From NCBI GenBank assembly GCA_963740275.1, contig CAVUDT010000007.1, positions 124,103 through 188,102 on the forward strand: a DNA stretch of 64,000 nt, read 5' to 3'. The notes beneath the pieces are model-generated. The model ran no database searches and was not told the origin of the DNA. It saw only the letters and a list, made by a program, of their open reading frames with translations. The stretch's first letter is position 1. Each line of letters opens with the position of its first letter. Position numbers and translations under genes: made by a program. This stretch comes from an uncultured Acidobacteriota bacterium. Its GTDB lineage: Bacteria; Acidobacteriota; Vicinamibacteria; Vicinamibacterales; 2-12-FULL-66-21. This document shows positions 39,853-48,717 of the stretch, one piece after another.

Positions 39853-40190
39853 TTCGCTCCCAGCCGCTCGTCGAGGCCTTCGGCCATCGACCGGAACGCG
39901 TGGTACGCCTGGCGCATCGCGGCGAAGCCAGCGGGTCGGAGCGCATAGTACTTGCGGCGACGGCCGCCGCGCTGGGCCGTGGGCTCGCCGGTCCACGATT
40001 CGAGCATCCCCTTGGTCTCGAGGCGCTCGAGCGTCGTGTAGACGGCGTTGATCGACACGTCCCGCCCCGATCGGCGATGGATTTCCTGCCGGATCGCGGC
40101 CCCATAGGCATCCGCTTCGAGCCGGAGAACGCCGAGGAGCACGAGCTGTTCGAAGTCGCCGAGCGATGGGGCGCCGGGTTTAAACCACAT
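39849..40190 (-). CDS. PadR family transcriptional regulator
   Basis: [10 protein letters not shown]; AYGAAI; [12 protein letters not shown]; RGGRRRKYY. Confidence 0.92.
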   Translation of the reverse strand: MWFKPGAPSLGDFEQLVLLGVLRLEADAYGAAIRQEIHRRSGRDVSINAVYTTLERLETKGMLESWTGEPTAQRGGRRRKYYALRPAGFAAMRQAYHAFRSMAEGLDERLGAK

Positions 40191-40195
40191 TGTGG
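40185..40195. promoter_or_regulatory. Palindrome overlapping the PadR start (putative autoregulatory operator)
   Basis: CCACA-T-TGTGG. Confidence 0.4.
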
Positions 40196-40246
40196 GGATA
40201 ATCCTGACAGGTTGGACGGACGCGGGAAGGAAAAGGTTCGCGGCGG

Positions 40247-41515
40247 CTATTTACGCGCCTTGACGAACACGTCGATCGAGTCGGGCCGGGGGTTCACGTA
40301 GGCCAGACGCACCCGGCCGTCGTCGGTCAGGGAGACAGTCGCGGGAATCGAGCTGGTGGTGACCCGCCAGCCGGACGGCAGGACGATGTCGTTCCGCGGA
40401 CGGCCGAAGCTGCGGTTCCACATGAGCTGACCATCGACCGCCGCATATCGCGCCGGGTCGGTGTAGGTCTCCTCGATCCGCAGCCGTACCGAGCGCCCTT
40501 TCTTCACCGCGGGAAACCGGATCACCACGACTTCGCTGTCGGCCGCCACCGGCTCGCCGATGTCGATGGCCGCCTTGGTGATCGCCTCTCCCTTCAGCGT
40601 CTCGACCTTCAACGCCTCACCGGTATCGAGGTTCCTCGCCGATGGATCCGAGACGGTACTGCCCCGGCGGACGACGTTGAGGTACTTGTCCACACCGTCG
40701 CGCGTCTCGGTGTAGTCGTGATAGAGGCTGAACGAGTGCGTCGACGGCTCCTTGAGGAAGTACACGATCTCGCGATCCTGGAACGCCCGCTCACTCACCC
40801 GGATGCGGTTCAGGGCCGGCGTGGCGGCCGCTGGTGCCGCGGCTGGCGCGGGGCTCGGTGATGCCGCGGCGCTGGCCGCCGGTACCGAGGCCGGTGGCGT
40901 CGATGCGGCCACGGCCCGGACCGGCCGCGCCCGAAGCACCAGCGGCGCCTGTACCGGGTACGCGTTCATGAAGCTGATGCCCACCCGGCCGTCCGCTTCT
41001 TCGAGGATCTGCGAGGGGACGTTGCATCCGACCAGTTCGAAGTTCGGCGGCAGCACCACCGCGTTGCGCTTGATGCCGAGCGGACGATCGAACACGATGC
41101 CGTCCCCCTGGCGGAAGTAGCTCTTCGGATCCTTGTAGGTCTTGATGATGCGGATGCGCGCCTCGCCGCCGGCCGGCACCGGGCGCGCGAGCGTCACCTT
41201 GATGTATTCGCCTTCGAGGTCCGCCGCGGTCAGCCCCGCCTCTCGCGCCGCGGCGCCGGAAACCTGTTCGAACTTCAGCGGCTCGCCGCTGGCCAGGTCG
41301 ATGACCGATTCGTCGCTGGCTACGCTCCCTTTCCGGATCGGGTTGAAGTAGAACTTCGCCCCCGGCGTGACCGCCGTCACGTCATAGATGATCTTGAATG
41401 ACGACGTTTCGGGAGCGAGCAGCTCGTAGCGGGTGAACTCGTCCTCGGACCGGTTCTGTGCCCCAGCCATCGCGGGCAGAAGCGTGAGCACGAGCGCGAG
41501 CAGCAGCCGTTGCAT
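40247..41515 (-). CDS. Secreted hypothetical protein with two homologous domains
   Basis: SD AAGGAG; signal peptide; halves YELLAPETSSFKIIYD..RKGSVASDES..RIRIIKTYKDP..RNAVVLP and YFLKEPSTHSFSLYHD..RRGSTVSDPS..RLRIEETYTDP..RNDIVLP, joined by an Ala/Pro linker. Confidence 0.8.
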   Translation of the reverse strand: MQRLLLALVLTLLPAMAGAQNRSEDEFTRYELLAPETSSFKIIYDVTAVTPGAKFYFNPIRKGSVASDESVIDLASGEPLKFEQVSGAAAREAGLTAADLEGEYIKVTLARPVPAGGEARIRIIKTYKDPKSYFRQGDGIVFDRPLGIKRNAVVLPPNFELVGCNVPSQILEEADGRVGISFMNAYPVQAPLVLRARPVRAVAASTPPASVPAASAAASPSPAPAAAPAAATPALNRIRVSERAFQDREIVYFLKEPSTHSFSLYHDYTETRDGVDKYLNVVRRGSTVSDPSARNLDTGEALKVETLKGEAITKAAIDIGEPVAADSEVVVIRFPAVKKGRSVRLRIEETYTDPARYAAVDGQLMWNRSFGRPRNDIVLPSGWRVTTSSIPATVSLTDDGRVRLAYVNPRPDSIDVFVKARK

Positions 41516-41758
41516 CAGTCGGATCTCCTTCTCTGCGAGGGTCAGTTCGTGAATCAGTCACGGGCGAGCCGGATGCCGGTACCGTACGGTAAGCGACTTC
41601 GGCGCGAGTGACAAGTAACCGCCGATTCGAGACGGAACCGTCATACAAATCTGTTCGGATCGCGACGGATTCGTGAGGTGCGAGGCAGGGGGCGATTATC
41701 AACGAGGCCAATCGTCCCGGATCCGCGCGGCATTACTCTTGCCCTAGTGCCGGACGCT

Positions 41759-41971
41759 ATGGCGATATTTCGGCATCCGCACCTGACTCGTGGCATCGTT
41801 CACACGCCTCACGGCGCCTTCGCGATCAATCGGGGCTTTGCTGATCTCCCCGATGAAATCGGCGAGGCGCTCGGGTGGCCGCGCATCGACGGCAATCCGT
41901 CGACTGGATCGTCGGCTCCCGACAGGATGGCACCGCCCATCCCGAGCCGGGACCAGATCAATGCGCGCTGA
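41759..41971 (+). CDS. Small hypothetical protein
   Basis: 70-aa ORF MAIFRHPHLTRGIVHTPHGAF..GEALGW; overlaps the next ORF. Confidence 0.5.
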   Translation: MAIFRHPHLTRGIVHTPHGAFAINRGFADLPDEIGEALGWPRIDGNPSTGSSAPDRMAPPIPSRDQINAR

Positions 41972-42215
41972 GATCATCCAGCGCGAAACCGCGGGGACCG
42001 ACCGGATGACCGCGATTCTCGCCGCGGTCAAGAGCGTGCTGCGCACCCGGCACGCCGCCCCGGTGCCGGAAGCCGGCATCGACCTGATGTTCGACGCCGG
42101 GGTCGTCGCCCGCTGCCGTGCCTGCAACGTTTCGTGGCACGTCGCCCGGACGCAGTACAAGTCGCCCCACTGGTGGGCCTGCCCGAGCGGCTGCCATCGT
42201 CGCGGCGCGGCCTGA
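41961..42215 (+). CDS. Small putative zinc-binding protein
   Basis: CRAC..WWACPSGC. Confidence 0.5.
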   Translation: MRAEIIQRETAGTDRMTAILAAVKSVLRTRHAAPVPEAGIDLMFDAGVVARCRACNVSWHVARTQYKSPHWWACPSGCHRRGAA

Positions 42216-42231
42216 TCGCCGCCGTCCGGCC

Positions 42232-42987
42232 TCAGCTCGCCACGGGATCCTGGACGACGCGGCCGTCGAAGAGATAGATGTGCCGGGGGGCCTGGGCGAT
42301 CCAGCGCGGGTCGTGGGTCGCGACGCACACGGTCGCGCCATCGGCGTGCAGTTCGCCGAGCATCTGCATCAGCGCCTCGCCGCTCTTCGAGTCGAGATTG
42401 CCGGTGGGCTCGTCGGCCAACAGGACCGCCGGCCGGCCGGCGATCGCGCGGGCCACCGCGACCAGCTGCTGATGGCCGCCCGACAGGGAGCCCGGGCGCT
42501 GCTTCCCCCGGGCCAGCAACCCGACCCGGGTGAGCGCCGCATCGACCGTCGCCTTCCGCTGCGCCGCATCCACACCCCGGAGCGTAAGCGGATACTCCAC
42601 GTTCTCCCACACCGTCATGTCGCCGATCAAGTTGAAGCTCTGAAAGATCAACCCGATATCGATGCTGCGCGCGCGCGCCCGCTCGCCGGGGGACATCTGG
42701 TCCGCGGCGCGGCCGTTCAGCCAGTAGCGGCCGGATGTGGGGGTATCGAGCAGCGCGAGCACCGACAGCAGCGAGGACTTGCCGCAGCCGGATGGTCCGG
42801 AGACGCAGGCATATTCCCCGCGCCGGACCTCGAGGCTGACGTCGCGGAGGGCAAACGTCTCCTCGTCCGCGTCTCCTTTGAAGATCTTCGTCACCCCGTC
42901 CAGCCGCATGACGACACCGTCAGCGCCAGGCTGAGAGGTCGTTTCGCGTGCGGCCGGCTCGTGCCGGCTGCGGTTCCACCAGGCCAT
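42232..42987 (-). CDS. ABC transporter ATP-binding protein (LolD/MacB type)
   Basis: GPSGCGKS; FQSFNLI; LSGGHQQ; LLADEPTGNLD; ATHD; SD GGAGG. Confidence 0.92.
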   Translation of the reverse strand: MAWWNRSRHEPAARETTSQPGADGVVMRLDGVTKIFKGDADEETFALRDVSLEVRRGEYACVSGPSGCGKSSLLSVLALLDTPTSGRYWLNGRAADQMSPGERARARSIDIGLIFQSFNLIGDMTVWENVEYPLTLRGVDAAQRKATVDAALTRVGLLARGKQRPGSLSGGHQQLVAVARAIAGRPAVLLADEPTGNLDSKSGEALMQMLGELHADGATVCVATHDPRWIAQAPRHIYLFDGRVVQDPVAS

Positions 42988-43048
42988 CAGTCCTCCAGTC
43001 GCCTACTTTGACGTAGAACCGGAGGCAATGGATGTGAAGTGGGACGAA

Positions 43049-43441
43049 CTACGCTTCCTTCTTGACTGGGAATTCCGGAAGGTGACTTGGTGACGGCTCG
43101 TGCGTCCCGATCGGTGAGCGCCAGTCGTGATACTGCACCCGGCAGGCGGCGCACCAGTTCAGTGGCGCACCCATCCGACCCTGCAGCCGACTCATCCAGC
43201 TGCCAGACACCGACTCGACCTGGTAGCGCCCCGAGATTCGCCGGACGTCGGTACGGCCGCAGTGCGTGCAGCGGGCGTGCGGCGAGAACAGGAAGCCGAA
43301 GCGGGTGACTATGTTCGCGTGCACGCGGTATTTCCGGCGCGCACAACCACGACAACGGAACGCCTCAGCGAACAGCAGTTTTTCGAGATGGCGGCGACGG
43401 ACGCGAAGAAGAACGGATCCGCAGGAGCGACAGCAGGTCAT
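43049..43441 (-). CDS. Hypothetical double zinc-ribbon protein
   Basis: Four CxxC pairs: CRSC, CRGC, CTHC, CAAC. Confidence 0.65.
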   Translation of the reverse strand: MTCCRSCGSVLLRVRRRHLEKLLFAEAFRCRGCARRKYRVHANIVTRFGFLFSPHARCTHCGRTDVRRISGRYQVESVSGSWMSRLQGRMGAPLNWCAACRVQYHDWRSPIGTHEPSPSHLPEFPVKKEA

Positions 43442-43623
43442 GTGTGCAAGGTTTCGATCCATCTCGATTGTTGCACGCGCTACGCCAGTTCGAAGCTCAA
43501 CCACCCAAGCAATAACTTCAGCTCGACCGTTCAATCAGCTCATCTGCGTCGGGAGCGACACGAGCGCGCGTGATCATGGATCAACGCGTGCGGATCAATC
43601 GGGTCTGATCGGTTGTCGCTCTC

Positions 43624-44832
43624 TCAGAGCTGATAAGTGAGGAAGGCACCGGACAGTTCGGCGTTGGTCGCCGGCTTGGTCATCGTCGGCACGTGTCCGA
43701 ACGCCTCGACGAATCGTGGGTTCGCGACGAAGCAGGCGGCGCGCCAGCCGCTGAAGCGCCCCAGCGCACGGCCCATGTCCGTGTAGAGCCGCAACAGCGT
43801 CGCTTCTCCCGCTTCCCCGCCGATACGGACGCCGTACGGCGGGTTGAAGCAGAACACTCCCGGTTGCATGTCGCGCGATCGCGGCAGCAGCCGCGTGACA
43901 TCTTCCGGCTTCAACGCGCGGACGTCCTGCTGGCCGATCACGATCGACTCGTCATGGGCCGGACCGGTGAGGCCGGCGGCGCGAAGATTCCCCACCATCG
44001 CCGGGATGCGTTGTTGATCCTGGTCGAGCGCAAGGATGCACGGCACCGTGCCTGGGAATAGATCCGGTGCTTCGTTGGGCAAACCCGCGAACGCAGCGAG
44101 GTGGCGGAACGGCAGATCGGGCGGCTGGCGGATGGCCGCGCCGACCGCGAGACCGGCGGCTTCGATCGGGATCGTGCCGCCACCGGCCATCGGATCGACG
44201 AGCGGCTCGACGCGCGCGTCCCATCGCGACAGGATGATCAGCTGCGCCGCCATCGTCTCGCGCAGCGGCGCCGGCCCCGCCGCCACGCGTGCCCCGCGCC
44301 GGTGCCGCGCGCCCAGCCCGATGTCGATGCCGACGACGGTGCGGCGGCTCTCTGGTGTACCGGCCCTGCGGGCGACGAAGACGACCTGAGGGGTATCCGC
44401 GTCCACCTCCGCCTGGACCCCGCGCGCCGACAGCGCCTCGACGATGGCGTTCTTGACCACGCCGCGCAGCTGCAGCGGCGACGCCTCGAAGTCGTGCGCC
44501 GAACCGAGATCCACCGAGAAGCGCAGCTCCTTCGCAGCCGGGAGCCGGTTGTCGCCGGTGAGCGCGGGCAGCAGCTCCTCGAAGAGCGGCTCGAGCCGCA
44601 CCGCCTCGCTCGAGAACAGGTCCCACGAGATGCGCGATGACGTCCGGTGATGGCAGCCGGCCACCCAGGCCATTCGCGCGTCGAATGGATACAGGAGCGT
44701 CGCCTCCCCTTCGCGGCGAGGCCTGGGCACACGGACTTCGAACGGAGACCGCATCACCAGGCGCTTCAGTTCCGCCTCCATGACCCGGTTCGCGCCGCCC
44801 GATCCGGTCAACCGCAGCTCGTCGCAGCGCAT
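43624..44832 (-). CDS. THUMP-domain RNA methyltransferase (RlmL/YpsC-like)
   Basis: LRGVVKNAIVE; HRRG; APLRETMAA; DPMAGGGTIPIEAA; FNPPYG. Confidence 0.82.
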   Translation of the reverse strand: MRCDELRLTGSGGANRVMEAELKRLVMRSPFEVRVPRPRREGEATLLYPFDARMAWVAGCHHRTSSRISWDLFSSEAVRLEPLFEELLPALTGDNRLPAAKELRFSVDLGSAHDFEASPLQLRGVVKNAIVEALSARGVQAEVDADTPQVVFVARRAGTPESRRTVVGIDIGLGARHRRGARVAAGPAPLRETMAAQLIILSRWDARVEPLVDPMAGGGTIPIEAAGLAVGAAIRQPPDLPFRHLAAFAGLPNEAPDLFPGTVPCILALDQDQQRIPAMVGNLRAAGLTGPAHDESIVIGQQDVRALKPEDVTRLLPRSRDMQPGVFCFNPPYGVRIGGEAGEATLLRLYTDMGRALGRFSGWRAACFVANPRFVEAFGHVPTMTKPATNAELSGAFLTYQL

Positions 44833-44912
44833 CCGCGGAGTATATCGTCCGAACTAAGATGACAGACCGGTGTCCAACCGCAGATTCGTCGTCCCCCTCA
44901 CAGGAGAACGCG

Positions 44913-46142
44913 ATGCGCACGCGAATGCTGAGCCTGGCAATCCCCGTCGCGGTCGTCATGACATGGGGCGGCGCGCCGGGCACGCTTGCGCAGCGCGCGA
45001 TTCAGCCGAACGCCGCGCTCGACATTCATGTGCCGGTTCTGCCGACGCCGGTCCGGATCGACGGCCGCGTTCACCTGGTCTACGAGCTGCACCTCACCAA
45101 CTTCAGCTCCGCCGATCTGTCGCTGTCGCGGATTTCGCTGGCGGCAGGACCTGATGCCAGCAAGCCCCTGGCGAGCTTCCAGGACGGTGCGCTGCGTGAC
45201 AGCCTCGCGCGGGTGGGCCCTCGCGGCGAAGGTGCGGACGCGCGCTCAATCGGCAGCGGTTCCCGCGCGGTGTTCTTCGCGTGGCTGGCGCTCGAGGAGC
45301 GGGCACCGATTCCACCGGCGATTCACCACACCATTTCGTACAGCCTGACCGGGCCATCCGGCAGCCTGAGCGGAGCTGTCGAAAAAGTAGTGAGCGTTCG
45401 GCTCGATCCGCCGGTGGTGCTCGGCCCGCCGCTGCGCGGCGGCCCGTGGATCGCGGTCTACGACCCGTCGCTCAGCGCCGGACACCGGCGGGCCCTGTTC
45501 GCGGTCGGCGGCGCGGCGCGCATCCCGGCGCGGTTCGCTATCGACTGGATCAAGCTGGGAGACGACAACCGCCAGTGGCGCGGCGACCCTGCGCAGTTCG
45601 CCAACTGGTACGGCTATGGTGCCGATGTGCTCGCGGTCGCTGATGGCACCGTCGCCGCCGCGGCCGACGGATTGCCGGAGAACCTGCCGCGCAGCGCGAT
45701 CACCGCCGACAACGCCGCCGGCAACCACGTCACGCTGGACCTGGGAGCCTCGCGGTTCGCGTTCTACGAACATCTGCTGCCCGGCAGCGTCACCGTCAAG
45801 GTGGGCGATCGCGTCCGGGCCGGCCAGGTGATCGGGCGGCTGGGCGGGTCGGGCAGCGTGTCGAGCGGTCCGCATCTTCATTTTCACGTGGCGGATGGGA
45901 GCTCGGCGCTGGGGGCTGAAGGGCTGCCGTTCGTCTTCAGCCGCTTCGAGCGGCTCGGTGCATTCGAGTCGCTGGCGGCCGTGGGGACTGGGCTTTGGAC
46001 CCCACCCGCCGGGGCGCCGGAGGCCTCCCCCCACCGGGTCACCATGGAGCTGCCGGCTCAGCAGACAGTGATCCGGATGGCGGAGATGTCGATTTCGAAG
46101 GACCCCGTTCGACAAGGAGTCAGAAGACAGCAAAGGAGATGA
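44913..46142 (+). CDS. M23 family metallopeptidase, secreted
   Basis: SD AGGAG; HLVYELHLTN; RFAIDW; YGADVLAVADG; GNHV; YEHL; G.SG..SGPHLHFHV. Confidence 0.88.
   Translation: MRTRMLSLAIPVAVVMTWGGAPGTLAQRAIQPNAALDIHVPVLPTPVRIDGRVHLVYELHLTNFSSADLSLSRISLAAGPDASKPLASFQDGALRDSLARVGPRGEGADARSIGSGSRAVFFAWLALEERAPIPPAIHHTISYSLTGPSGSLSGAVEKVVSVRLDPPVVLGPPLRGGPWIAVYDPSLSAGHRRALFAVGGAARIPARFAIDWIKLGDDNRQWRGDPAQFANWYGYGADVLAVADGTVAAAADGLPENLPRSAITADNAAGNHVTLDLGASRFAFYEHLLPGSVTVKVGDRVRAGQVIGRLGGSGSVSSGPHLHFHVADGSSALGAEGLPFVFSRFERLGAFESLAAVGTGLWTPPAGAPEASPHRVTMELPAQQTVIRMAEMSISKDPVRQGVRRQQRR
46087..46113 (+). promoter_or_regulatory. ECF42-type sigma promoter of the YciI/DGPF gene
   Basis: TGTCGA-N17-CGAC about 30 nt upstream of the YciI start; matches the described ECF42 -35/-10 consensus found before DGPF genes. 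Confidence 0.6.
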
Positions 46143-46144
46143 CA

Positions 46145-46567
46145 ATGCGCGTGATGGTGATCGTGAAGGCCAGCAAGGAGTCGGAAGGCGGAGAGATGCC
46201 GACCGAGAAGGCCCTGACCGACATGGGGAACTACAACGAGGAGCTGGTCAAGGCGGGGATCATGAAGGCCGGCGAGGGCCTCCATCCCAGCTCGAAGGGG
46301 AAGCGGGTGAAGTTCCCGGACGGCGGGAAGCCGACCGTGTTCGACGGGCCGTTCGCCGAAACCAAGGAGCTGGTCGCGGGTTTCTGGTTGTGGCAGGTGA
46401 AGTCGATGGACGAGGCGGTCGAATGGCTGAAGCGCGCGCCGTTCGACGGCGGCGCGGAGCTGGAGATCCGCCAGGTGTTCGAGGCCGAAGATTTCGGCAA
46501 GGAGTTCACGCCGGAACTGCGCGCCCAGGAAGATCGGCTGCGCGCGAAGATCGAATCGCAGTCGTAG
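46145..46567 (+). CDS. YciI/DGPF family protein
   Basis: MRVMVIVKA; YNEELVKAG; GEGLHPSSKG; DGPFAETKELVAGFW; EIRQV; SD AAGGAG. Confidence 0.92.
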   Translation: MRVMVIVKASKESEGGEMPTEKALTDMGNYNEELVKAGIMKAGEGLHPSSKGKRVKFPDGGKPTVFDGPFAETKELVAGFWLWQVKSMDEAVEWLKRAPFDGGAELEIRQVFEAEDFGKEFTPELRAQEDRLRAKIESQS

Positions 46568-46583
46568 TTCGTCCGGTGGACCT

Positions 46584-46608
46584 CACGCGGCGGCACGGAG
46601 GCCGCGTG
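46584..46608. terminator. Hairpin between convergent genes
   Basis: CACGCGGC...GCCGCGTG 8-bp stem; no clear U-tract. Confidence 0.35.
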
Positions 46609-46618
46609 GGGCGCCTCC

Positions 46619-47905
46619 TCATTTCTTCCAGCGCAGCAGCAGCTCGCGGACCGCATCGCTGGCTTCCATGTCGTCGGTGACCTGAGGAGCCAGCGCCCCC
46701 GCCTCCAGCAGCACCTCCGCCGTCCCCACGTAGTCGCCGGTCCGGCAGCGCCAGCCATGCACCGACCCGTAGACGGTCCAGAAGAGCGGCGTGCCGGCGT
46801 AGTCGTGATCGGTGATCTCGAGGGCGGGGCCGTGGCGAAGCAGATCACGCGCCATCGTCGTGTCGCCATGCCAGCCGGCCCAGTGCAGCGCAGTCCCGCC
46901 GTGCTGCCCCCGGGCGTCCACCGGCCAGCCGGCGACGAGCATCAGCCGTACGGCTTCCCGGTTGCCATCGCGCGCCGCGTCGGGGAGCCGGCGCAGGTCG
47001 GCGGTGCCGAGCGAGGCGATCAACTCCGGCCGTCGTCGCCGCAGCTCGCGGACCGTCGACTCGTCCCCGGTCTCGCAGGCCACCGCCAACCTCAACTCGT
47101 CGGGGCTGCGATCGAGCAGGATCTGCAGCACGCCGGCATGCCCGAACTCGTGGGCAATCACGTGGGCCGACTTGCCGGTGCCGAGCGTCCAGTTGTAGAT
47201 CGATCCGCCGCTGCGTGGATCGGTCTTCGGGAACCATTCCTCCGAGACCACCATGCGGATGGCCGATGGATCGGCGTCGAGGGCGGCGGTTACCCGCGAT
47301 TCGTCGCCCATCGCCGCGGCCATCAGCAGGTCGGTGCGGCCGCCTCGTTCGACCAGGTAGCGAGCCACGGGCTGACGGTCGCGGATCATCCACTGCGCCG
47401 GGGTCGATTCGTGATCGATGTCGCGCGCGTCGATCGCCGCGCCATGGTCGAGCAGGTAGCGGGCGACGTCGATCGTCGCGGCGAAGTGGAGCGGGGTCTG
47501 GCCGTCGCCGCCGCGCGCGTGCACCAGCGCCGGGTCGGCCGACAGCAGTGCGTCGAGCCGGTCGATCATGCCGTGCCGGGCGGCGGCGTGGACGTCGACC
47601 ACCGCGCCACGTTCGAGCAGGAACGGCACCAGCGGTCCATCGTGGTCGAGCACGCCGAAGCTGCCGGCCCACCAGTGGCTGCGCGCGTTGATGTCGGCGC
47701 CGGCCTGGAGCAGCAGGTCGGCCATCTCGCGGTTGTTCCGGTAGACGGCAACCAGCAGCGGCGTGGCCCCGAAGGCCTCGCCGGGCATCGGCTCGTTCAG
47801 GCGGGCCGCGAGATCCGGCGAACTGGCGAGCACCCGGCCGGCCGCATCCACCTCGCCGGCGCGAACCGCTGCCGCAAGCGCCTCGAGTCCGTTGGCGTTG
47901 GTCAT
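46619..47905 (-). CDS. Ankyrin repeat protein
   Basis: GATPLLVAV; LLQAGADINAR; GQTPLHFAA; GGTALHWAG; GTPLFW. Confidence 0.9.
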   Translation of the reverse strand: MTNANGLEALAAAVRAGEVDAAGRVLASSPDLAARLNEPMPGEAFGATPLLVAVYRNNREMADLLLQAGADINARSHWWAGSFGVLDHDGPLVPFLLERGAVVDVHAAARHGMIDRLDALLSADPALVHARGGDGQTPLHFAATIDVARYLLDHGAAIDARDIDHESTPAQWMIRDRQPVARYLVERGGRTDLLMAAAMGDESRVTAALDADPSAIRMVVSEEWFPKTDPRSGGSIYNWTLGTGKSAHVIAHEFGHAGVLQILLDRSPDELRLAVACETGDESTVRELRRRRPELIASLGTADLRRLPDAARDGNREAVRLMLVAGWPVDARGQHGGTALHWAGWHGDTTMARDLLRHGPALEITDHDYAGTPLFWTVYGSVHGWRCRTGDYVGTAEVLLEAGALAPQVTDDMEASDAVRELLLRWKK

Positions 47906-47945
47906 GACGAACCATTCTCACGCTGCCAGTGCCGGAGTTCAACAA

Positions 47946-48066
47946 GAGGGGATGGGGATGGGGATTGGGGAATGGGGAATGGGGATTGGGGATTGGGGAT
48001 TCGGGGATGGGGGTGGGCGGTGGGAATCGGGGATTGAAGTTGGGAGTTGGGAGTTGGGAGTTGGAC
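47946..48066. repeat. G-rich heptamer tandem array (GGGGA[A/T]T then TGGGAGT)
   Basis: ggggattggggaatggggaatggggattggggattggggattcgggg...ttgggagttgggagttgggagttgg. Confidence 0.9.
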
Positions 48067-48072
48067 TTGCCG

Positions 48073-48477
48073 TTATCTCTGTGACCGTGATCGCCGGTCC
48101 GGCTTTGGCTTCAGAGTCACGACGGCATCCGGCGGACGTTCTTCGGCCCTGGTGCGATCGCCAACGGCCAGGTAGTAGGCCTCCGGGGGAAAGCCGTGGG
48201 CACGGCGGAACTCACGGACGAAACGTGCGTGATCGGTCATCCCGACCTGGGCCATTACCTCGTTCAGCGCCAGCGTTGTGCGCTCCATCAGCGCCAGCGC
48301 GCGAGTCATGCGGAGCGCCTGGAGGTAGGCGGCGGGGGTCGTGCCGGTGGCGTCGCGAAACAGTCGCATGAGATCGGGGACCGAGAGGCCGGCTGCTGCC
48401 GCCAGCGTGTCGACGCGCACCGGCGTGTGCAGCGTTCTCTCCATCGCGGCGATCACCTGGTGCACTCGGACGTCCAT
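48073..48477 (-). CDS. Stand-alone AraC family HTH regulator
   Basis: LAAAAGLS..L.RLFRDATGTTPAAYL..LRM..A..L; VG..D..RFVREFRRAHG.PP..Y. Confidence 0.88.
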   Translation of the reverse strand: MDVRVHQVIAAMERTLHTPVRVDTLAAAAGLSVPDLMRLFRDATGTTPAAYLQALRMTRALALMERTTLALNEVMAQVGMTDHARFVREFRRAHGFPPEAYYLAVGDRTRAEERPPDAVVTLKPKPDRRSRSQR

Positions 48478-48717
48478 GTTCTGGACACCTGACTACCAAA
48501 CCACGGGCCAGCTTGCATGACCGCTCAAGCCTGGGCTGCCTGTTCGCTCAGGCACGCGGTTGGAGCCCGTATTCAAAGGGCGTGAAGCCCCGCAGACGCC
48601 ACGGTCGCGCCAAGGACCGGAATGCTCGGGCTGGCGACACGAGGCAATGTGGGTAACGATTTGCGTCCGCGTACCGTCATGGACGCTACAGTTCGCACGT
48701 TCCCTCCCATCTGCCCA

